Shown: piece after piece, positions 22,364 to 41,884 of the stretch
Numbering within the stretch: position 1 is the first letter of the stretch
How the letters are laid out: each line of letters starts with the position of its first letter
Source: Felis catus
Taxonomy: Eukaryota
Length of the DNA: 64,000 nt
Direction of reading: 5' to 3'
Assembly: GCF_018350175.1 (NCBI RefSeq)
Contig: NC_058382.1
Span: 14,570,001 to 14,634,000, forward strand
The notes under the pieces: generated by a model
Databases searched by the model: none
Told to the model about the DNA's origin: nothing
The model's input: the letters and a program-made list of their open reading frames with translations, nothing else
Position numbers and translations under genes: made by a program

Positions 22364-24523
22364 CACAAGCGGGGGAGAGTCAGAGAGAAGGCGAGACAGA
22401 ATCCCAAGCAGGCTCTGCACCATTAGCGCAGAGCCCAGTGTGGGGCTGGAACCCACAAACTGCAAGATCATGACCCGAGCCAAGATCAAGAGTCGGAAGC
22501 CTAACCGACTGCACCACCCAGGTGCTCCAGCACTGATCGCCTTCTACGATGTGAGATAATGTACTGTGTGCCATATTTATTGTTCATTCCAGCCCCCTCC
22601 ACACCAGAACGTGAGTGCCACACGGGACAGAGATCTCTGTCTTACGCACTCCTGTGTCCCTGGTGCCGAGGACAGGGCCGGGCGCAAGGTAGGTGCTTAA
22701 TAAATAGTGGTTGAATGAATGAATTAATGAATCCATGGAGTCAAAGAAAGCTAGAAAGGAGGAGAAGGGCAGAGAAAGAGGGGAAGATGAGGAAGCGGGG
22801 AGAAGGGGAGAGAGGCATTTACATCGGGAAAGGAAAAGAGACAGTGAGTTGGGGAGACAGAGCAGGAGAGACCACCTGGGCAGAAAAAATGGGGGGGGGG
22901 GTGGGGGGAGTGAGACTGGGAGAGATAAGGGGGAGAGAATGTTCTAAAGCAGGAGAGAGACATGGGGATTGGGGGAGGTCCCTGCTGTTACTGTTGTCGT
23001 GGACCCAGAAGACCCAGCTCTGGGACCACCAAAGAGAACGGAAGCCAGCCTCCTTCCGCCTCTGCACTTGCGGTTCCTCCTCCCCTTGCCACCTCGATTG
23101 CCCTCCCAACACCCAGCTTTTCACGTGGAGCCCCCTTCTCATCACCGCCTGAGAAAGGCCATCCCTGACCACCCAGTCTGGCATTCCCCCACCCCTCCCG
23201 GGCCTGGCTTTGGGTCTGCGTGGCCCAGCCTGGCCTGGCGAGAAAAGCAGGTGGCGCTGTTCAGCACTCCATCCATCCTCAGAGCAGGCCTGGCCCTCGG
23301 GGGGCAGCACACTCCAAAATGAGTAAATGAGACTGAATGAATGAAGCTCAGAGCAGAGATTTGAAGCCAACAGTTCCCCAGCCCCAGAGAAAATGATAGG
23401 TGGAGCCAAGTGTCCAACTGGGAGTGGGGACTCCCTCCCCTCACCCTATCTTCAAATCCCGGAAGCCCCAGCGCCCACCCCCTCTGGGCTTTCCCCAAGG
23501 GGAGGAAGGCAGGTGTGGCCGGGGACGCCCCTCACCAGTAGATCACTCGAATCAGGATCTTGCTGTCCTCCGGTAAGTTCTCGAAGGTGGAGGCGAAAGC
23601 GGTGGCGGAGGAGTCGGTCTCCAGGATGGGCGCGGGAAGAGAATCGGGAGTGGAATCCATCAACTTGGTGGCTGATGAGTCTGCCCTCGAGGTTGACCCA
23701 AGGGTGGGCCCCAGGAAATCAGCGGCCGTTGGAGTGAGGGCAGGAAGGGCCTCTTGGGTGACAGAGCCGAATCCATTGGCGACTGATGGGAAGTGCTTCA
23801 CACTGGGTGTGGGTGAAAGATCCTTGTCCGGCCACACAGGGGGCTCCGGAGCAGATTCTGAGGCTGGATCCAAAGGTGGGGCTGAGTTCCCTAAGGATTC
23901 CGACGCAGGGGCAACGGCTGTGATCGGGACCCGACTGGGAATGAGGTTGGGGCTGGGATCCGGGCCAGAGTCGGGGTCCTGATCGGAGTGGGCGTCCGGA
24001 CCCGGGTCGGGATCTGTACTGGAGTCAGGGTCTGGACCCGGGTCGGAGTCCCGACGGCAGTCGGGGTCTGGACAGGAGTCTCAGTCCAGACTGGGGTTGG
24101 GGTTTGGACCAGAGTCGGGGTCTGGACGAGGGTGGGGGTCCAGGCTGAGGCCGGGGTCTGGACAGGAGTCGGGGTCTGAGCGGGACTCTGGGCCCGGGCC
24201 GGGACCGAGATCCGGACGGGATTTGGGGCCCGGCCCGGGGTCAAGGTCTGGGGGGGATTTGGGGTCCGGGCCGGGATCTGGACGGGACGCGGGGCCCGGG
24301 CGGGATTCGAGGCCCGGGCCGAGATCTGGACGGGATTCGGGATCTGGACGGGATTCGGGGCCCGGACCGGGGTCTGGGTGGGATTCCGGGTGCGGGCTGG
24401 GGTCGAGGCCCGGGCAGGAGTTGGGATGCGGACCGGGATCGAGGACCTGACCGGGGTCGAAGCCCGGACCAAGGCCAAGACCCGGGCCGGTGAGGGATTT
24501 GGGGCCCGCGCCTGGTTGTTCAT
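21038..24523 (-). CDS. SELENOV: Selenoprotein V, apparently disrupted in this sequence (frameshift in exon 1)
   Basis: Exon 1 24523-23536 (MNNQAR... Pro/Thr repeats ...KILIRVIYC). Exon 2 21628-21604 (C-G-L-U-SYSLR; Sec TGA at 21621-21619). Exon 3 21474-21421 (YILLRKSLELQFPNCLRF). Exon 4 21305-21231 (EEERSAQATGEFEVFVDGKLVHSKK). Exon 5 21115-21038 (KGDGFVDEARLQKIVSTIDEEIRKR*). All junctions are GT-AG. Exon 1 is 988 nt, one base short of the phase-2 junction. Confidence 0.9.
23950..24500 (-). repeat. GC-rich degenerate tandem repeats encoding the Pro/Thr-rich SELENOV N-terminus
   Basis: Recurrent 18-nt-like units encoding (V/A)QTPTP, VRTPTP and QIPNP. Confidence 0.8.
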
Positions 24524-25261
24524 GGGCAGCAGGGGGCCGGGGGGGGGGGGGCGGGGTTGGGATCCCGCGGCGTCCTCCTTCCTTGGGGCGGGGAGAGCCT
24601 CACGCACACCAGGGTTCTAAAATGGGAGAAGACCACAAGGGGGCACTGTTACATGGTGTTCCACGCTGTACACAGGTTCTACTGCGCTGGGCCTCCAGAT
24701 CTCACCTAATTCCTGAACCCTACCTTCAAGGCAAGGAACACAGAGATTGCTCCAGCGTTCCTCTCACTATCGCTAACATTCAGGCCTTCAGTATGTTTCT
24801 TGAGTGCCTGCTGTGTGCACGGTCCTGTGCCGAGTGATTCTGGGAACAGAGCCCTGATCAGCAAACCCCTGGTCCAGTGATCAGGTTCCCTGCCCAGTGG
24901 GGGAAACATAGCCATCAGCAACCAACAACAGCCCAGTGTGGCTGGGCTGGAGTAGGGGAGGCACAGGCAGAGGGGTCAGAGACAAGGCGAGAGAGGCACA
25001 GGAGCCTGCAGAATCCCAAAAGGTGCTAGAACCAGCCTGGGGCGGAGGGGGCTCCCTGAAAAAATAACTGGGTGGTCAGGAGAAAACTAAAAATAATAAC
25101 TAGCAAAAATAACAAGAGTTTGCAGTTACACAGTGCTAAGTGCTACACATATAAATAACCACAGCTAGTAAGTGGCACAGCCAGGATTCAAATGGAAACT
25201 GTCAGGCTCCAGAATGCTGGTACTTAACCACTCTGCAAATGGCCCCATCGCCCTGTGAGCT

Positions 25262-25294
<33 letters not shown>

Positions 25295-25592
25295 CGGGAC
25301 TTACTTGCCTCTTTCACTGCTGAGTCCCCTGCTCCCAGAATAAGAGCTGGCATGTTCATGGGAGGTCCACAGTAGGTGTTTCATAAATATTTACCTTTTT
25401 AAAAACAAGTTTTAACACTCACATGAAATTGGAAAAACAGTGTATAGAATCCTGTAGGGGTCTCTGGGTGGCTCAGTCGGTTAAGCATCTGACTCTTCAT
25501 TTCGGCTCAGGTCACAATCTCGAGGTTCGTGAGAGCCTGCATTGGGCTCTCGAGTGGAACCTACTTTGGACTCTCTCTCTGCCCCTGCCCTG

Positions 25593-25624
<32 letters not shown>

Positions 25625-28600
25625 AAATAAGCTATAAAAAAAAATTTTTTTTTAAGAATCCTGTATTAACTTCCATCCAGCTTTCCCCAATAATAGCATC
25701 ATATGTAACTACAGTACCTTGTCAAAACCAGGACTCTGACACTGGTCCAATACTATTAGGTCAGGTACAGACCTTATGTTGAATCATGGAAGAGTTTTAA
25801 AAGGAGAGTCATGGGGCACCTGGGTGGCTCAGTTGGTTGAGCGTCCAACTCTTGATTTTGGCTCCGTTCATAACCCCAGGGTCCTGGGATAAAGCGCCAT
25901 GCTCAGCAGAGCCCCTTGGAATTCTCTCTCCCTCTCCCCTGGCCCTTCTCCCCTGCTCACGCTCTCTCTCCCTCTCTCAAAATTAAAAAATTTTTAAATT
26001 TTAAATAGGAAAATCTTGAGAGACATCGAATTTTTTGTGTGATTCTATCTAAGCAAGTTTCTACCCCTCTCTGGGCTTCAGTTTGCCTCCCTGTGAAAAG
26101 GGCTTTCCTCTTATCACATAATATTGAGAACTAACACTGAGCATCTATTATCTGACAGCCTCTGATACAAAATGCTTTGTACATATTTAAAACGTGTCTC
26201 CAAGTCACCATTCATTTTTCATTTCTTTCCCTCTCTAGTTCAAGACTCTTGAAGCTTGTGAATTCTTTCTTCTGACAATTCAAATCTACTATTGAGCTCT
26301 TCTGGAGGATTTTTAATTTTAGATATCCTCCTTTTCGGCCCCAGAATTTCCATTTCTTTTTTTTTTTTTTAATTTTTTTTAACATTTATTTATTTTTGAG
26401 ACAGAGAGAGAGCATGAACAGGGGAAGGTCAGAGAAAGAGGGAGACACAGAATTTGAAACAGGCTCCAGGCTCTGAGCTGTTAGCACAGAGCCCGACGTG
26501 GGGCTCGAACCCACAGACCGCGAGATCATGACCTGAGCCGAAGTCGGACGCTTAACCGACTGAGCCACCCAGGTGCCCCTCCATCTCTTTTTAAAATAAC
26601 TTCTCTCTCTGTTGATAGTCTCTATTTGGTGCCACATGGTTTATTGCTTTTAGGGTGTTTTGTTTTTTTTTGTTTTTGTTTGTTTTTTTTTTTGAGTGTT
26701 TTTTTTTTTTAAGCTTTATTTATTTTTGAGAGAGAGAGAGAGTGCAAGCAGGGAAGGGGCAGAGAGGTGGGGACAGAACATCCCAAGCGGGCTCTGCGCT
26801 GACAGCAGGGAGCTTGATGCAAGGCTGGAACTCAGGAGCCTTGAGATCATGACCTGAGCCAAAGTCGGATGCTCAACGGACTGAACCACCCAGGCGCCCT
26901 TGCTTTTATTTCTTTAATCACAGTTGCCTTTTGCTCTCCAAACATATTTGTAATGGCTGCTTTGAAGGCTTTGTTCGCTCCCCAGGGTGGGCAGTTTCTC
27001 TTGCCTCCCTCCCCCTCCAGTATGCCGTTCTTACTTCCACACCTATCTCATATTTTTTTGTTGGGAACCGGACATTTCAGATCGCACATTATGGCAACTC
27101 TGGGCACTGGCCCCGACTCCCTGGGGTTTGTTTTCCTGGTTAGTGACTGGCTAGGTGATTTAAGTCTATTCTCCTTTCTCCAGCAAGTGTAGAGCAGGGG
27201 GGAGGGTGGATGGGGACACAGACTCAGGTATGCCCAGTTATCCTGGGCTGGTGGGTTTGGGCAGGTTCTCTGGGTCTTTCTGACTGTGCCGGGCAGGTAA
27301 GCTCCACCAACTGTCAGCTGTTTGCTCTGCAGTCCTCATTGTTTTCAACACCATGGGGGCATCAACTTTTTCAGAGACAGATCCAATCAAATTAGGGATC
27401 CTTTGAATGGTTAGCTCCCGGAGTCAGTTTGAGATTAGTTCTGATCCCAGGAAGGCTCCTCCCAGCTGTCTCTTTCCTCAGCTCTCCAGCAAACTAGCCA
27501 GACCCTACCCATCTCCTTCCATCGCTTTCCAGCACAACTTGCGCTGCTTTTGAGGCACCTTCAGGCTTGAACTCCACACTGTTGTGAACAGTCTGTTCCT
27601 TTGAGAAAAGACTTGGGAGCTCTCGGTTCTGCAGCCTGCCTTCCCAACAGACAAAATCTCTGAGCCACAGCTCTGATACTGGGGAGGGGGACAATGGTAG
27701 GCTTGGCTCAGAGTAAGCCCACTTTAGGAGCGGAGTCCTCAGCGGGGTGAGGCGGCAGCCCCAGGCCTCTTAGCTTGCCCTCTGGATGTGAACCCCCTGC
27801 CCCAGGAGCCAGGGAGGGACAGTCAGGGCTCCGGCATTCTTGGCCACAACACATCAAACACAGAGTCCCCCAAGTACGGGCTGGGCTGGAGAAGGGAGCC
27901 CCCACCTCTTGGTGGTGCTCCCCCAGAACTCAGCCTCAGCAACAAGTAGCTGGTGGCAGGATGAGAGAGACTGACGCTCTGCCCCTCCCCTGAGGACAGC
28001 CTCCAGCTTGGAGCTGGGGGCGGGGAGGGAGCCCAGGCAGGAATGGAGGAGGGGGGTGTTACTGGAGCAGGGTGGGGAGGGGGTGGGGGGGGAGGGTATT
28101 GGTTTACTTGTTACTGATTCTCTCTGTTCTCACCAAATGTTTAGTAGATTTTCTCGAATGAAGAGTTATTAATTCGCTATGTGCCTTCAGGATCATTCCC
28201 AGAGGCTTTAAACAGTTGATCTGTCATTTTGTTTTTATAATTTGCACCAGTTTGCCGGCAAGCGGGTCTGCCGAGCTCCTCCTGAGGTGAATGCCAGGTG
28301 AACTCCATACAGTCCATTTTTAAAACACAAATGGTAGCACCCTATACATTCCTTTGCACCTTGTCCCTTCCCCCCCAGTCTTGCACAAAATGCATAGATG
28401 GTAATTTCATACTAGCACATCGATATCTGCCTCGTCCTGTTAACAATTGTGTAATATCCTGTTTATAAATGGCCCCTAATTAATGTAACCAGTCCCCTCT
28501 CATCAGACACTTAGGATGTTCACAGCCTTTCGCTATTCTAAACAACCACTGCAGGGGTGCCTGGGTGGTTCAGTCGGTTAAGCATCCAACTTCGGCTCAG

Positions 28601-29859
28601 GTCATGATCTCACAGTTTATGGGTTTGATCCCCACATCAGGCTGTGAGCTGTCAGCACAGAGCCTGGAGCCTGCTTCAGATTCTGTGTCTCCCTCTCTCT
28701 CTGCCCCTTCCCCGCTTGTGCTCTCTCTCTCTAAAATAAAAACACTACAAACAACCACTGCAATACAGACACCTTTGTGCACAAGTGAAAGTTCACGTGT
28801 AATTTGTATCCTAGACACGAAACCACCAAATTGAAGGGAATGTGAATTTTTCATTTCATTTTTTTAATGTCACATATTTATTTTAAGGGAGAAAGAGAGA
28901 GGAAGCAAGCAGGGGAGGGGCAGGGGTAGAGGGAGAGAAAGAATCCCAAGCAGGCTCCACACTGTCCGCACAGAGCCTGACACCGGGCTCGAACTCATGA
29001 ACCTAACCATGAGAGCACAACCTGAGCCGAAATCCTGAGTTGGAAGCTTCAGTGACTGAGCCACACACGCGCCCGTGAATTTTTCATTTTAGAAATTGTA
29101 TTAAATTACCCTTCTGATGTTTTGTGTGATACGTCATAAACATCAGGGTTGTTTGAGGCAGCCAACACAGCTGCATTTTTGGGGTTTAGAAACAAAGCAG
29201 CACAACCACGTCCACACAAACCCTATAGCTCTTTAGCACCGAGGCGTCAGGAAGGACAGCTGCGTCCCAAACCCCGCACTCGCCGGCTCTGTCTCCGCAG
29301 TAGTTACTTCCCTCTTTGAGCCTCAACTTTCTCTTCTATAAAATGGATCCCTTCTCCTCTCACTGACTGGTTCTGTTGTGTTAAAAAAGAAAGCGCAGGG
29401 GGGGCGCTGGGTGGCTCAGTCGGTTAAGTGTCCGACTTCGGCTCAGGCCATGATCTCATGGTTTTTGAGTTGGAGTCCTGCGTGGGGCTCTGTGCTGACA
29501 GCTCAGAGCCTGGAGCCTGCTTTGGATTCTGTGTGCCCCCCCCCCCTCTCTGCCCGCCCCTGCTTGCACTCTCTTTCTCAAAAATGCAAAAAATTAAAAT
29601 TAAAAAAAGAAAAAGAAAAGAAAGCACAGGCTGGAGGGGGCGGGTGCTGGCTGGCTCAGTAGATGGAGCGTATGACTTATGATCTCAGGGCTGTGAGTTA
29701 GAGCCCCACGTTGGGTGTAGAGATTAAAAATAAAATCTTAAAAAAAAAAAAAAAGTACAGTCTCTGACGTCACTTGGGCGAAGTCACCAAACTGGGACTT
29801 AATACCCAACCAATTTGCAGTTTCAACTCCGCCGAAAAAAATGTAAGTCTTCACAGGTC

Positions 29860-30150
29860 AGTCAGGAATTTTCTGGTCAGCACCCATAAGGTGATCAGTC
29901 ACATGGACCCCCTCCATCCCCCAAAGCAAGCTGAGGTTAAGTCCCCAAGAAGACCCCCTGCCCTTCCCCTAGAGGAAGGTGACAGTGCCTGGAACAATCC
30001 TTTCTTTGATAACTTCCTTGCCCCCCTCTCCTTCCTATAAAAACCTTCCACTTTGTGCAACTCCTCGGAGCGTCCCTCTACTCACCAGACAGGAGGCTGC
30101 CCAATTCACGAATCCCTTCATAAAGCCAATTAGCTCTTCAAACTTACTCA
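29860..30150 (+). mobile_element. Solo LTR remnant (ERV1-like)
   Basis: CCTATAAAAACC TATA-like box at ~30034, followed by GCTGCCCAATTCACGAATC and ATAAAGCCAATT, typical of ERV1 LTR R regions. Confidence 0.5.
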
Positions 30151-30855
30151 GCTGTTTTGCCTGCCTGATACAATACTCTCAGGTCTAGTAACAAACCCCG
30201 ATTTGAGGCAGAGGGAGGGACACTGCTCTGGCCACATTTTCCACCTGATTTGGACAGCCTGACTCACTTCACTTCCCGCCGCACGCTAGACAAATAACCA
30301 AGACTGACGAATCACAATAAAACATACTTGGGGGGGGGGGGGAGGCCACGTGACACGCCAGAGCCAATGAAAGCCCCGTTTGCAAATGAAGTCGTTCCCA
30401 GACACAACTGGAGAAGCGGGGGGGGGGGGGGGGGGGGACCTCCCGGTCCTGAATCCAGCTCTGCTGAAACTGCACCCACTACAAGATTCATTTTTATGAA
30501 CTAATACATTCTCCTCCTCATTTAAGCCACTTTTGAGTTGTTTCTGATCCCTCCAGCAGTCTTAACTGGTATGCTTCCCAGGAGACACGCTCTCTCCCTC
30601 AGTCCCAACACGAAGTACAAAGCACTTAGCCCAGTGAGTCAAAGCTGATCAAAGTAAGAGCCTTTATAGAGGTCTCTGGAGAGATGGAGAGGAGAAAATA
30701 GGATATAAATAACCATTATGTACAACTCCCAACAGTAAAATTCTCCCAGCCACCCCCTCCAGCTCCAAAGTGTCTAAGGCAGAACACTGGGCACCACCAA
30801 GTAAATACAAAAATATCCGGGTCCTGTCTCCGGGCGCTGATGGAGAGGGGGCAGG

Positions 30856-38771
<7,916 letters not shown>

Positions 38772-38796
38772 GGCCTTTCGGGGGTGCCGGGAGCCG

Positions 38797-38821
38797 CAGC
38801 TGCTGGCTCCCGAGCCTTATA
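38797..38821 (-). promoter_or_regulatory. DLL3 proximal E-box and TATA-like element
   Basis: CAGCTG at 38797-38802 and TATAA (minus strand) at 38817-38821, about 46-50 nt upstream of the ATG. Confidence 0.55.
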
Positions 38822-39165
38822 TCTGAGGGGACGGCTCCGCCCCTTCAGGCAGCAGCCCGGCTCCAGGAGACCCTAGGGGAGGAGATCGCAGGGGAAGGGG
38901 AGCTTGCTGGAGCAACCGTGAGATTGTAATATGGGCAGAAGCAATGTAGTGAGCGTGTGATCTTGTGTGTGGTTGTGGGCACGACTTTGCGTGTGGCTGA
39001 AGATGAGGTGGGGTTAGGGGCAGCCAGTGTGTAAAGTTATGTACGATTTTAAGTTCTGTGCGTGTGTGGTGTGATCAAGAGTTACCGGGTGGAGGCTGCA
39101 CGTGACTGATTGTGTGCCTAAAATTGCATATGGTGAAGACAGGTTGTGAGGTTGTAATTCTAAGA

Positions 39166-39167
<2 letters not shown>

Positions 39168-39198
<31 letters not shown>
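39168..39198. repeat. (TG)n microsatellite
   Basis: Directly visible TG run. Confidence 0.9.
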
Positions 39199-39202
<4 letters not shown>

Positions 39203-39625
39203 CGTGTGCACCAGCGTGGGAAAACAGAGGTGTGCCTGATTTCCTGACTGTGTGACTTCTTGAGATCGGCTGTTGTGGATGTGCGTATCATTGCGTAAAT
39301 GTGAGATCCTGAACACTGTGTGTGTAGCCGTATGAACCTTTAAATCTCTGGTCTGTGCACGCACCTCTGGGTGGCTGCGTGGGGGGGAGGGTCTGCGTAA
39401 GCTGTGAATAACCGAGCGTCCCTGTGTGAACGAGGTTGGGTGTGGGAAGTCCGTGGCTGTAGCCCTGCGTGGACGCGACGAAGATCCAGGGTTCTTTGTG
39501 GACCCCCATGTGCGTGTACACGCGCGGTGTGTGCTCCCCTCCCGGAGACAAAGCCACCCTTCCAACCCCCGCTTCGCGGATGCACCAGACGCCGGGGTGA
39601 GGCGCCCCCGCCTGAGAGGGGGCTC

Positions 39626-39729
39626 CAGCTGTATGTAAATGCCGCCATCTGCCGGACGGCCGCGCCCCTCCCCCTTTGGGCCGCAGCTGGGCCGCCCGTT
39701 TGGCCTCCGGAAGGTGTGAGGAGCAAATG
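39626..39729. promoter_or_regulatory. Proneural bHLH/POU enhancer upstream of DLL3
   Basis: ATTTACAT-A-CAGCTG (minus strand, 39640-39626), plus E-boxes CATCTG at 39646, CAGCTG at 39684 and CAAATG at 39724. Confidence 0.65.
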
Positions 39730-40079
39730 GGCAGGAAATTCCGTCTTCACAAATCAGGGGCCCGCTCCCTCACGGTGGGGGGGAGGGGGCACCCCGGGTC
39801 CTCCAGAAGCCCCTTAGTATTCCCGGACCACGGCAAGGGAAGCCCAGTTAGGAGCAGATGCTCCGGCTTCTCTGGCCGTAATCGTTCTGTGCCAGGTGCC
39901 GAGTGAAGCGCTTAGATGACGTGAACTCCCCGCAAGTAACACGTTTTAATAGTTGGAGGCTAATAATTATGGGGGGGGGGGGGGAATACAGGTTCCATTT
40001 ACAAATTTTTCTTTTGGAGAAGACAGAATGATCAACAAAGCATAGTCCAGCAGAACCGGGCACACACAAGCGCGCAGCA

Positions 40080-40293
40080 ATTTTTTTTTTTTTTAACGTT
40101 TATTTATTTTTGAGACAGAGACAGAGCATGAACAGGGGAGGAGCAGAGAGAGAGGGAGACACAGAATCTGAAGCCGGCTCCAGGCTCCGAGCCGTCAGCA
40201 CAGAGCCCGACGCGGGGCTCGAACTCACGGACCGTGAGTTCATGACCTGAGCTGAAGTCAGACGCTTAACCGACCGAGCCACCCAGGCGCCCC
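40080..40293 (-). mobile_element. Young felid Can-SINE with TSD
   Basis: Flanked by GCGCGCAGCAATTTT at ~40070 and ~40294. Confidence 0.9.
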
Positions 40294-41850
40294 GCGCGCA
40301 GCAATTTTCAATGAAGGAGAGTTCGACGAAGTAGTTTGCTCTTAGGGGCGCCTGGCTGGCTCAGTCGGTGGAGCGATTGGCTCCTGAGCTCAGGGTGGTG
40401 AGCTCGAGCCCCACGTTGGGTGGAGATAGAGATTAAAAATAAAATCTTGGGGGGGGGGGGGCGCCTGGGTGGCGCAGTCGGTTAAGCGTCCGACTTCAGC
40501 TCAGGTCATGATCTCCCAGTTTGTGAGTTCAAGCCCCACATCGGGCTTTGTGCTGTCAGCTCAGAGCCTGGAACCTTCTTCAGATTCTGTGTCTCCCTCT
40601 CTTTCTGCCCCTCCCCTGCTCATGCTCTGTCTCTCTCTGCCTCAATAATAAATAAAAACATGTAAAAAAAAAAAAAAAAAACTTATTTATTTTTTTTTTT
40701 CCTGAGGCCTGGGGTCTGGGAAGGATTGTGAGCAAGGGGAGCCGTGGTCACTGTGCACACTACCCAGATTCCTTTGTACAGGTCTTCCCTCTAGTTGTGC
40801 CTTTTCCACTCCATTTCATTGTCCTCACCAGATCTCCCCTCCTGCAGGCCTTCCCTCACATCCACCAAGGTGGCCAGGCACCTCCTCTGAGCCCCAGAGC
40901 CCCCTGATGACTCTCTCCCAGCTGTGACCACTGTGGCTCAGGGGGCCTAAGCACAAATCTGACCCGTGTCCCTCTCCTGCAGGCTCTTGCATGGCTCTCC
41001 TGTGCCTTCAAAATACAGAGACTCTAAGGTTGACACGTGAGGCCCTCCTTCCACATACCCTCCCCCTACTCAGACTGGCTCCGTAGCCCTAAACACAGAG
41101 CCAGACCTCATGGACTGATTACCAGGAGGCAAATTAGACCCTTTACTGGGGTAGGTGGAGGAGTGAGCTTCCCATCACAGGAGACATTCAAATGGAATTT
41201 GGACAGTCCTTAAAAACTGCTGTGGGAGAAGGCAGATTCCTATCCTGGATAATAACTTGGGAAGATAACAGATTCTAGGTCTGAGATATCTCATTTTGAA
41301 GATCATAAAAATAACCAGACTTTATTGAAGGCTTGTGCCAGACAGGATAGTGTTTCAGGTGAATTCTGTCATGTCTGTGTGTAAAGTATACTTTAAGAGA
41401 TTTCCATGAGTCTCTTTGGCTATTCAGAACTTTTCCTTATTTGCCAACCTTAGGGCCCACAGGTCATGCTGAGGTGACATCCAAGCAAAGACATAAGGTG
41501 GGGGGGGGGGGATAAGTGGGGGGAAGAGAGGGAAGTGATAAGGATCCTAGGGGAATATTCCTGGCAGAGGATACAGCAAGTGCAAAGGTCCTGAGGTGAC
41601 TGCACCTGACACACCCAGATATCCCCATGGCTTTTCTCATTTCATTATGGTCTGTCAAATATACTTTCCCAGGAGGCCTTCCTTGACTGTTCCATTCAAT
41701 CCAAAACAGCACCTCAGGGGTGCCTGGGTCGCTCGATTGGTTAAGTACCCAACTTCAGCTCAGGTCATGATCTCACAGTTCATAAGTTCGAGCCCTGCAT
41801 CAGACTCTGCGCTGACAGCTTGGAGCCTTGAGCACGCTTTGGATTCTGTC

Positions 41851-41884
<34 letters not shown>

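Noticed and set aside
23560-24450. Plus-strand Gly/Ser-rich ORFs
   Set aside because: Antisense read-outs of the SELENOV exon-1 repeats.
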